In this document: in pieces, positions 12,871 to 24,600 of the stretch
Numbering within the stretch: position 1 is the stretch's first letter
How the letters are laid out: each line of letters begins with the position of its first letter
NCBI RefSeq assembly: GCF_000181795.1
Contig: NW_003526941.1
Location: 2,042,232 to 2,106,231, forward strand
Source: Trichinella spiralis
Lineage: Eukaryota
DNA: 64,000 nt
Direction of reading: 5' to 3'
The notes under the pieces: model-generated
What the model was told of the DNA's origin: nothing
The model's input: the letters and a program-made list of their open reading frames with translations, nothing else
Database searches by the model: none
Made by a program: the position numbers and the translations under genes

Positions 12871-14405
12871 TCAAATGCAAACCTTTAGCAAAATTATATC
12901 TAATTTTTTCAGCTGAAATATGAGAACATCATATATTTTTTAAATTTTCAATGATTTTCTTAAATATTAGAACATAATTCTGGATTTTATTTAAAAAAAA
13001 CAGATAAAAATTCATTACTTTCTCCTGTATAAATACGGTGAATTATAGGGAGAGAGAGAAAGAGAGGTCTTTGTGATAGCTGAAAATGACAAGAGGATCG
13101 TACCAGCTACTTACTGTGAAAAGGAAATTTCAAAACGAAACGGAAATGTTGAACTTGTTCAATTTCATTAATTTAATTTGCCGGTAGAAATGTGATCGCA
13201 AAGCTAATCGCATTTGCAAAGGCCTAACACCTAAGATTATTTCCATCCATTTGCATGTTAATTGAATTCTCAATCACACACAGAGTCAACTGAGCCTACT
13301 TCACGCGTAACGTAATTGCAAAAAAATTGAAATTGCATTCAGAATATGCTCTCATTTTAGGTGAGAAATTAAAATGGAAGAAAAAAACACAGCAAAAGGA
13401 AAAACACTGTCAGTGAAATGATGAACGGAAATTAAATTTGTTACCAAGTTCACAATAACAGTGTCAGCAAAAAATATGCAAATTTCAAGACAATTCAATT
13501 TATGTTTAAAATGATGAAAAAAAAGAGCGAGCAAAAATCAGTGAACGAAAAAACCAATAATATCAAAAGTGTGTATTTTTGATGAGCTTATTTTTAATGG
13601 TGGAGGAAAACTTTCATTTACCGTTAGCATAAAGTCAATGATCACAAAATTAGCTCTTTCTTTTTTCAATTTTTCCAATGACCAATTAAATGCAATCTGT
13701 TCTGACATTTTGCATGTTCGTTGATTGCTTTTTTTAATTTTAAAATTCACCAATGTTCAAAACTTCAAAATTTGATCCTGTGCAGCATATCAATAAATGC
13801 GATGCTTGACGAAAAGCACAAATTTCCCGATCAAATAATTCGAATGATATTAAGAAATGCTTTTATAAAAAGAAAATAGACAAATTGTTCAGTGAATGAA
13901 TGAACGAATGAGTGTATTTATACTTGTCGATCATTCAATTCAATTTTCCCCTCGCACATGCATTTGGTGTCCAAAATATTCTTTCACCACACGACAAACC
14001 AATCTGTGTGCCAGTGAGAAGGAATCTTCTTCAATGAAAATAATTTATAGCATTTACTTTCATCTGCAAATTAACAAATTACTCTGCCCGTGATTGAAAT
14101 TATCTCTTAAGCATTCTGCAATAAGTTGAAATGCAATAATCCGTGCAATACGGCTTATTATATTCAATGACGACATGGCTCTTTTCAACAAAATGGTCTC
14201 TGCGATTTAAAGTCACTTTTGCTTTTTTGTTATTTTTCCATTAAATCTTTGCATTATATGTTTATAAGACGGAGAAGAAAAAAAGAAATAAAAAGCAAAT
14301 TCGAATAAATCAAGAGAATAAATTCAATTTCATTTTGCTTTGGTTAGATAATTCGAAGCAAAGCAAAATTTTGCTCGTCTCGAAATCACGCAATCTCAAG
14401 CGTCA

Positions 14406-15028
14406 ATGTCACCGGCTGTATTGAGATCTTTCACAATTTTTGCATTTCTGTTCACATGCTCAGCAACAGATACAACAGTGGTCAGCAAAGCACAATTACA
14501 TCAACACGAAATCAAACGAAACAACAAAGCACTCTGCTCAACAGAGGATCCCAAGCAATGCCTGTTCAGTTTGTTGCAGAAAATGTTGAAAGGAAATCAT
14601 TCGAAAGGTTTGAATACATTTTTGTTTTCTCATTTCGAGAAAAACTACCTCATCACATCACATCACATCACATCTCATCTCATATATTCTGTACCATAGC
14701 ATTATTAACGAATATCAAATTCAAATTTACATTGCGCATAAATTTCAAATTGCCAACACAACTAAATAACGTTCAGTGAAAAATTACTGATTATTTTTGT
14801 ACAAGGAACAATATGCTAATATTATTCATATTTTTAGGAATAACTCTCGTAAATCCTGCCGAATTTCTCCAAACACAAAGTATGTTTCTCTGCCCCATCA
14901 TGGACTTCGTTTTGTTCGAACAGTTTCCACTTTTAGATAAACTGCTGAACAATGCTGATCATGAAAGCAGAGACAGTTTCCATATACGATTTGGAAAACG
15001 TTCAACATTTCACGATAGCAAAGACTAG
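14406..15028 (+). CDS. RFamide neuropeptide precursor A (predicted DSFHIRF-NH2)
   Basis: Exons 14406-14607, 14838-14879 and 14937-15028; the last intron is 57 nt and in frame. Signal peptide MSPAVLRSFTIFAFLFTCSA, Cys pair CSTEDPKQC, C-terminus ...HESR-DSFHIRF-G-KR-STFHDSKD*. About 111 aa. Confidence 0.85.
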
Positions 15029-15790
15029 CAAAGATTCTATACTTCAGAGAATTACTAACTGTATTGGAGATAATGAAGTAAAATGCACCACTTGAGCATT
15101 ATGCGTCACAAAAAAATAAAAGTGAAATATAACAACTAGCTGTGAAACTAATTTAAACAAACAGATATTCACCGCCCACATACAATACATCTCTTGCACA
15201 ATATTAAATCATCACTATTCAATAGTTATTAAAATCTGTTCGCAAATATGAAAATGAAAAATTGAACATTTCAAATCAAATTTAAATGAAAGTAAATCAA
15301 AAATGCATTTGAAAAAAACTCAGATAATTAAAACACATGCTGACAAATGTTAGGCACAGTAGCGAATTGACTATGAATTTCCATTTGCCCAGTAGTGGGG
15401 TTTCATTTTTTAATTAAGAAAACGGAAAATTATTCAATGTTATTCTTACAACATGATGAAAAATATTCTACAAACAAAAATCAGATGACATTAAATTTCT
15501 ATCTCCTTTTTCTGAGCACAGTGTAGGGTTTCACATACTTGAAATGAAATAAATTTTATCACACGCACTTCGCATGCATATAGGTAGGCAAGAAAGGCCC
15601 ACAGAATAATAAATGAACGATTGGTTTGTTTCCGCGGCAGAAAAAAGTGAAAAGAAAAGAAACAATTCAATAGCTGATGAAATAATATCAAAAATATTGT
15701 GTATTAAGGTTTCGGTACTTACGGGCAAAGTCGAAATTTTCTCTGCCAATGTGAACTTCAGCCTCGGTGTAGAAAGGTGTTGGTAATTGT

Positions 15791-16466
15791 ATGATCATGC
15801 TGCTTGTAGTAAAAGTTCTTTTCCTCAGCACTTTATCGATGCAGTCGTTGTCCTTTGAACTGTTCGATAGCACAAATCCATGCAAACATTCAACAGTCGG
15901 CACAAATTCAATGAACATTCCCTGCGAGCGTGATTATTACAGAATGCGCATACTTCAGTTGCTCCAAAATGTAATCAAAAGTACTTCGAACGGTATGACA
16001 GTATAATCATGTTTCCTCCATCTGTTTGCAGCTAAAATTAACACACTCTGCTGTATAAATTATTAATAATGTTCTATAATCTTCTATAATGCTCGAAATG
16101 TTTAAATAATGATTAAAGACACTTTATAACAACGTTTCATTATTATACGTTAAAAAGAATGAAAAATTTTCAGTAAAGTATTTGTATTTTGAATCATTTC
16201 TTTTAATTCAGTTTCCTAATGTTCCCTGAATTGCATTGTAAAGTTTAAAATCAACTTTAAACTACAGGAATTGTGTTGAAAAATTTCCGTGATGTCGTTT
16301 CAAATCAACACTCAGACTATGGACTTGGTACGTAAGATGTGAAAATATTTATATTTTCAAATCAATTTTACTGCAATTTCTAGGTAAAGAATATTGGAAA
16401 GAGCCGCTTATGCAGGGAAGGCATAGCATTCACTTGCGTTTTGGAAAACGATTTCAATTCAGTTAG
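15791..16466 (+). CDS. RFamide neuropeptide precursor B (predicted HSIHLRF-NH2)
   Basis: Exons 15791-15992, 16268-16327 and 16384-16466 join in frame via phase-1 GT-AG introns. Product: signal peptide, CKHSTVGTNSMNIPC, then GIVLKNFRDVVSNQHSDYGLGKEYWKEPLMQGR-HSIHLRF-G-KR-FQFS*. 114 aa. Confidence 0.85.
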
Positions 16467-18333
16467 CTTGGCAAAAACCGAGTACGACTACAGGCATGGC
16501 TTAAACCCAGTAAAATTCGTCCCAATTATACATATCATAAATGGAAAATATCAATATGTATAATGGCGGAAGTTACGTTGAATTTTGCAAAAAGCGTTAT
16601 TACAAAAATGTAACTTATATATTTCTATCTAATCGAAATGATCTTTCAACAATAATGAAAATAAACCGTGAACAGCTAATAATTGTAAATATTTTTTAAA
16701 AACAATGACGCAAATGCTTCAGCTTAGTTGAAAGTAAATGCATTTTTTGTGTAATATTATTTCAATTAAGAATCAATGTGCAATTTTAAAATAAATGACA
16801 ACAAACCCCGGAGAAATTAATTTGAAATAATTTTAGCTTTTAATGTAAATGTAAATTGATTTCATTAAAGTAATACAAAACCACAAAACACTGCTTTATA
16901 AATTAAGCATTGTGTTTGAGATTTATTTCAGAAAAGAAAAAAAATATACAGATAGAAAGAAAATTCCTACATATATATATATATATAAGAATTTGAGTGA
17001 AATGATAATTTAGCTTCCCACAAAAGAAGAATATCGACTTGTAAGAAAAATTTTAGTGAAAATTGAATCAATACTACACATTTGGAACAAATAAATGAAC
17101 TGAAAATTCACCGCCAATGACTTATTTCCATTTAAATAATTTTCCTCCGATGCCAATTATCAGTATAAAAAATAATAAAATAATAATGACGGATAAAGGG
17201 GCAGAGGGAGAGAAAAAACAGTTGCTGTCAGTTGGATAGCAATTTTCTGTTTTATTGACCAAGATCCACCAAAAAAAGCAGGAATGCCAAAATGACATGA
17301 ATACAATTTCAAAAACTGTGATTTCATAAAGAAATATCAATAAGGAAATCAATTTGACATTAAACTTTCATTAATTACATGCAACAAGCATAAAAGAATA
17401 ATACAGCACATATATATTATTTTAATAAATATGACTTCTACATTGATTGTACTTTCAATTTGAATAATACAACACTATTATTTTATTTGTTAAACTTATT
17501 CCAAAAACGCGTGCATAAGATACATTAAAAAGAAAATTTTAAAAATTAACATTTGCTTATTCATCGTTTAGAAAAATTCCACATTCTGATAAACCGTCAT
17601 TAGTTTTTCAGATAATATGTTATAATGTAATATAATATAATATAATATGCAAGATGATGTGGTAATTCAGAGGAAATAATCTGCAAAATCATACAGCAAT
17701 TACAGAATTACTTTAGGATAAAAAAGTTCAAAATATTAAAAACAGTTTTAAAAATAAAGAAAAACTAAATTAATAAAAGTTACGCGATTAATCATTGGAC
17801 TAAAAATTTTTATCAGTGATTATTATTCATTAATTTGTATTTACATGCTGCATATCCATGTGCATGCATGTATATTTCATGTAGTTGCACATTAATCGAG
17901 AAAAATTGCAAAATAAATGTCAAAATTATTAAACACCATGCAAATAGAAGATTATTATCAACTGGTAAAGTTATTGTTATAAAATGAGAATGTTGCTATT
18001 TTCGAAAAGTCAAGTTGCTAAGTGCTGCTGCTAATCTGCATTGGTTGAAGAAAAACACCACTAACAAGCTGAGCATAATTATAAAACAAAATGCTTTTCT
18101 AAATTAAATTCAACAAAAGATATTTTTTCATTTAAAGCATAGAATTGAAGAGTGATACTAATTTTCACAGATTATAACACAACTAATTCTGTAATAATAT
18201 TGAAAGAAAACCAAGAATTAAAAATGTATCGTCTAAAGTTAACACAACCTAATAAAATGTTATTTCTACCTTTTCAGAGAAATTTGAAATTTTAAAATAT
18301 TACAAAAGAACCACAAATTGTTCACGTGTGAAT

Positions 18334-18334
<1 letters not shown>

Positions 18335-18372
<38 letters not shown>
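18335..18372. repeat. (GT)n microsatellite
   Basis: Read directly from the sequence. Confidence 0.95.
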
Positions 18373-18374
<2 letters not shown>

Positions 18375-19192
18375 AGAGGGGGGTGGGTGAGTTTGTCTAA
18401 ATGAATCACATCATTTATGCAAATGTACAAAAGGAAGCAGTACGGAATAAAAAATTTCTTCTACTGAGTGTTGTTTTCTTTTCAAAGCTCAAAATATCAA
18501 CATAACCGTTTCGAAATGTATCGCTAACATTACAAATAAGCAATAATAATAGGATATCCAAATGGAACTGATGTCGAATGAAAAAATTCAAATAGGTCAA
18601 ATATTGTGGTTACTATTTTCATTTAACAAATAGCATCAGCGGTATTATCACACAAATGCCGGTCGAAACAAACGCAAGCAACTGTTCATGTTAATGTTTG
18701 TAGAGTATCTCTCCCCCAATACAAATAATATCAAAACAAAAAAATTAAAAATATATAATACATGTGAATAATTCCATAATTGATTATAATTTGTATTGTA
18801 CAGTTCAGCTTGTTCACTGCTGGTGAATGCGTCAACCGACAGTGGCAATTATCTGACTAGTACTTCAATTATCCATTAGCACCAGTTGGTGTCGCTTTTG
18901 TTTCCGCACGTAATCACGTGATTCGCTTTCCAAGCAGGGTGCCTGCGCACTTTCTGGCCACCTTTGAATGCGATTGTGGCGTTGAGGCGTCGCGAGGGCG
19001 TTTGGAAAATTCAACTAACAGAATTTCTTGATAAGGCGCAGACCAGCACCAAGGTCGACAGTTGTGAGCTTGTCAGAGCAACACGTTATCCATCCACACG
19101 TCGGACACATCCACAAGTTTGCACATCGTAGTACAGCATTTGCAGGTCGTCAAAGCTGCACCAACAGGCTAATAAGAACAACAGCAACAACC

Positions 19193-19226
<34 letters not shown>

Positions 19227-19430
19227 TCATTCAATTATTTTTACATTATTCTATTATTCATTGCCTTTCTACAAGCAATCCGTGAACGCTTAACCGTGGA
19301 AGTCAGTCAATGAGCAGTAGCAGCAGTAACAGTACAGTGAGTTAGATAGATAGATGGTAGTTGTTGGAGGGGAAAATTTTTTTTTGTTCTTCTTTTCCAC
19401 TACAAAAGTAATGAACAATTTCAGACGACA

Positions 19431-19857
19431 ATGCTGTGGACAGTTATTTTGTTGACAACTTTGCTGTTCAACAGTTGCTTCGGATGGGAAGGTTGGTATT
19501 GGAATCCTGAAGAAGTGGGCGACGCTCACCATGATCTGGTAAAAATATGCGGATCCGAAGATCTTCGACCTTGCTACAAACGTATCTACGAGGCAGCTAG
19601 GGAGAATTTCAGAGGTATTTTTGTCGAAGAAATTTCATCCCTGCGTGCTTACTGCTTTGTTCCTTGTTATTCAAAAAATTAAATTAACATTTTCCGTTCA
19701 AGGTGATCCGGATGAAGAAAGCATGACGAAAGAGTTTATGGAAATTTTGGCACCAATGAAACAGATCATCGACCGACTGGAAGCTAAGAAAGAGAAACAA
19801 CGTCTGAACCGCGCTACGAGAACAACAAGCTATCACATCCGGTTCGGAAGAAAATGA
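19431..19857 (+). CDS. RFamide neuropeptide precursor C (predicted TTSYHIRF-NH2)
   Basis: Exons 19431-19614 and 19703-19857 (phase-1 intron). Signal peptide MLWTVILLTTLLFNSCFG, Cys pair CGSEDLRPC, C-terminus ...RLNRATR-TTSYHIRF-G-RK*. 112 aa. Confidence 0.87.
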
Positions 19858-21692
19858 AACTTTCCACTATTTTCGCACTGCACATTTTCCAAATTACTAT
19901 TATTTCTTGTTGTGTATTTGTGATGAAGTATATACAATTCAACTGGCTGAAAGCACGATGCCAACGTTGATTCGAACTGTTTATCTCCTTTTTGCCGTTC
20001 CTATTGTGCACAAACCACGCACTATTCAAGTGGTATCTGCACTCCAAGCTGACACGACTTTGTTTACACATAAAGTTTTTTCCAAGAAAACATTTGTATT
20101 TTGCGTACTCAGTTTTTAGATCTATTTGAAAAATGCGAAATAAAACATTATCCTTAAACAACATGATCGATCGATCGATCGATCGATCATCCACACGTAC
20201 AAAACCAATGTACAAATTAATAAGCAAGAATTAATTTTAAAAAACCGTTTGCAAAACCTCTCAAAATAATAAAACACTCAAATAACCAACTGTCATAAAA
20301 AGATAATGCAAAAAAGTAAAAAATAAAAATAAATTTCAGCGGAGTCTGTCGTTCATTGTTCCAAAGGCAAGCAAGTTAATTCCAGAACCATTAAGCTGAA
20401 AACGGATAACGACGACGACAACGACGAAAGCGAAATAATTGCACAATGAAGCAGCGTCGTTACTGTTCAATTACGTCAAATTAGCCTTAATTAAAACCCA
20501 TCAGGGTGTTTGTCAATAAGCAAAAATAAAAATAGTACCAATAATAACTTGCTAATGAATTGCAATTTAAATAAATGAAATGTTTATCTTAAGTAATATT
20601 TGCACGTTTAAAAAGACAATTCACCTACAATAGGCTGCTGATTTGATTAATCAAAGCACGCTGTTCCTGCTGCAGCATTTGCCAATTTCAAAAGCAGGCT
20701 CTATTCTTTCTTGGGAAATTTAATTTCATATTCACTCCTCAAATTGGAACAGTAACGCATTTGGAGAATTCACTTCAATGGTAAGATCAGTTAATTACAA
20801 CACTGTTTGTCAGTAAACTGGAATAACAAACTTCTTTTTTTTTCTACATAAAACTAACTATCCACCTCGTTGAAACTACTTGGCAGATATTTTACAGAAA
20901 ATTTAAATTTCAATAAATCTGAAGATGTGTAATTGAAAAAAAACGGTTCAGTTGTGATTTTTTTTGGAATAATTATCGTTCTTCAATTTAGTTTTTAATA
21001 AATAATCTAAAAATAGACTTTTGCAGTGGAATGAAAATCACGAAACACCTTGGTGAATGCTTTCACATTACAACAAAAAAATTAATCACCTAACGAGTAC
21101 CATTTAGCTGATTATTATTTGGCCAAAATTGAAATTTCCTTCCAATTTTTTCATATCACGCTATCAAATCGAAGAATTCATTCGTTATCTATTGTTGTTC
21201 TTTGTTAGTTTGCAAAATTATTCACTTTTGAGATGATTCAATATAGAAATTTGCATGTATTTACACGCAATTTTTATGGATTTCATTCACACTCAAAATA
21301 ATGCGATCGAAGATCTCAGATCGAATGATACACAAGACTAGACCACTTTACTCGCATAACAGAGCAGTAATTGATGGAATATTTACAACCAGACAAAAAA
21401 AATAAAAGCATCCGAACATGATATTCATTCATGTTCTAACATTGTTTTCAGTTGACTGAAATCATCGTCGAACAAGAAAATATAGCAATGTCCATTTTGG
21501 AAGAATAAAGTATTTTAAAATCTGTCTGCAACAAAATTCGTATAAATTTTCATACAATTCAACTGCCGTACTGTTAGTGGAAAAAAGTATAACCGGAAAC
21601 AAGAAAGTACCATCATCAAAAGGCAGTGAACAAATATGTTAAGCGGGAAAATAATTCATGACAACAAAACTACCCCGTTCTGTAAATAGCCG

Positions 21693-24600
21693 TTAAAGAA
21701 ACTGCTGCAAAGGGTGCCATTGAGAAGCTGGCAACGTGTGCAAAGCATCTAAAGCAGATAAAATCGATCTGAAATTTCGATAGTCTCATGAAAAATTCTG
21801 CACACTACAAATGGGAAACAACATATGAGAATCTTATGGCAGAGAACGACAACTGACCACAACAGAGAACAAGCGACAAACCACACGCATACACACACAC
21901 AGCTTCACAAGAAAACACTAATTTAGTTTTATGCCTTGTTTCAAATGAGACGTAACAATAAATAAAACAATGATAAAGATGATCATTCTCCACCACCAAA
22001 AGATAAAAAATAGACAAGCAAAGCGAGAAAATTATAAATCAAACAACTTGATGAGATAAACAAAAAAATTAACAAGGTAACTTACAAAAGCAAACAACAA
22101 ATCACTGTCAGTATACGCATATAATCAGAAAACACTTACCTGAAAGATTGATGATCACTTTTCCCAGAAATGTATTCTGCTTGAAACGATCATAACTCCA
22201 GACGGTGAATTCTAACATCTTGCCGAGCGCTTGTTCCAAGTTCAAGTCTTTGTAAACCACAGTTTGGTTCCACACGGGATTGTTTGATCGAGCAATGAAT
22301 TTCGTTCGACGCTTATTTTGTACACTATCAAAAAAGCAACAAAGTCAACAGTTGAACAGACAGACGGTGTGTAAGAAAAATATGGCAATAAATTAATAAA
22401 ATGTGCATATATGTACATTCGTTCAGGAAGAATGTATATTTTTACAAAGGGATTCGGGGGTCGTCGCTTTTTCGCATCGACGTTCGGCAACCGAGCTGCA
22501 CATAATACTGTGACGAACAGCGTGTCGGATGTGTGGTCAAAGCAGACGCGCAGTTTCAGCAAGCCCCCGTTGGCCAGATCCTGAGCAAGCAGTGAATTCT
22601 GAATTATATACAATAATTCAAGTGTCAATTTTTTTGCGTATCCAATCTCCTCCTATGTGTATGCTCTTAAAAGCAACAGCAATAAATAAAGGAAAAAATG
22701 AAGAGAAACAATAATTATAAAGTATAAAATTAGCACAAATATTAGCATATGTTGTACAAATGACAACGTGAAAGATATACACTGATTTCGGTCTTGTCCG
22801 AAGCTATTTTATTTCAGAAAACAAAGAATCTCAAAAGAATAGAATAAAGAAAAAAAACAATGACAGTATAGCGGTAGGATATTACGTGCAAAAAGCAATG
22901 GACCAGAAACAGAAGCGTGAAAAAATGAATAAATATATTAGATACACGGGCAAGGAATGGTCAGAAAGAGAAAAGCAATGTTTCTGTTTCCAAAAGTTGT
23001 TGACTGACAAAAGCAATTTTGCAAATGAAAAGAAGCTGCAGCAGACAGAAAAGTAACAACAAGTATTATCAATGATAACAACAAAATCAACTACACCAAC
23101 AACAACAATAATAATAATAATAATAACAGCAGTAACAAAATAAAATAAAGCATTGAAGCAGATTTGGTATTTTTGCTAGGAAGTGTTTCAGGTTACCTGC
23201 TGCTGATTCGCAGTGAAAGGTGATCGACTGCGTGGGGTGGTGCTGAAACACGGAGAAGCTTTACCAAAATCTAGCCCTTGACAATGCCTATCATTAGCTA
23301 AACAAAAATACACCAAAACGTCAGTATTTTTGTTTCCATTTATATTCTTATTTTAGTTCATTAAAAATATAAAAGAAGGATTAAACAAATAAAATAGAAC
23401 AAAACAGAATATTTCAAAGGGAAAAGTGATTTAGAAAATACATACAGATAATAAAGTCGCAACAAAACGATTGCTTACTTTGATCGAGTCCAGTTTTTCG
23501 TTGTAATGCTAATTTGGCTAAACGAGGATGTGCCAAATTGGACAAACAGCAATCACTTTCGTAACCCTTGTCCAAACTGCTACTTGGACCTTCTTCCAAA
23601 CGATACACTTGATTTAAATTGGCATCGCTGAAATAAATATTAACAACAAAACAAATAATGAATAATAAAGCGGCTGAAGTGAATAAAAATACACCGCACC
23701 TTCGTAGAACAATCTCAAATTCCCCTTCTGTATTGTCAATAATCGATTGAACTTCTTCGTAAGTTTTGCCTGTCAACTTTATGCCATTCCATTCCAATAT
23801 TTGATCGCCTAATAATAATAATAATAATATAATCAATGAAAACAGCAATGAAATTATATTACCTTCTTTCACTTCTTCCATCAAGTCTACCAAACCACCT
23901 TTATACACAGCAGCCACGTAAGCAACTAATTCGCCGTCAGAACCAGGTAAAATTTTACCACCAATAACACGCATACCTATGCCATGACCTGAAACAAAAA
24001 TGAATTTGTTTGAAGTAGAATTGAATTTCCAGTTCCAAACAAGCAACATACCGGAACGATCACGAACGTCGCGCACAAGCAACAGCCGTTTGATATTAGC
24101 CGACAATGGAGATGAAGCCTGACGAAAAATCGACTTACCCTCCTCTAGCAAAATTTGTGACGATGCCTAGAAATGGAAAAAAACGCCCGCTTCAGTGCTT
24201 CTCTTTGTTCACATGAAAGGCATAAACTGAAAAAGTTCATCCGGCTAAATTTTGGCACGTTTTCTTTTCCACCCTCTTTTTTCAAAGCTCAATTTCCCTC
24301 TGCTGATAGTTGCCGCCGCAAATTCACATTACATTCTTTATTTTCTCTTAAACCTTCTTTCATTCCATTATTAAATGAAAACGCGTTTTATTTAAATCTA
24401 ATTCGCTCTATGATACAAACAACCAGTCAAAATCACCAATTTGTATAAGTGAAGAGATTATTTCAGAAAAAAGAAGAGAATGATTTTTCTAAAAATAAAA
24501 CTTATTAATGGAAATATAGCATTTGCATAGTCATGCTGCAGAATTAAATAAATTGCAAACAAATAAGCAAAAATTCTGAAAACAAAGCAAATAGAAATAG

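Noticed and set aside
17122..18848. Hydrophobic minus-strand ORFs between precursors B and C, checked as extra cluster members
   Set aside because: Non-ATG starts, AT-rich composition bias, and no RFG[KR][KR] motif or Cys-pair layout found.
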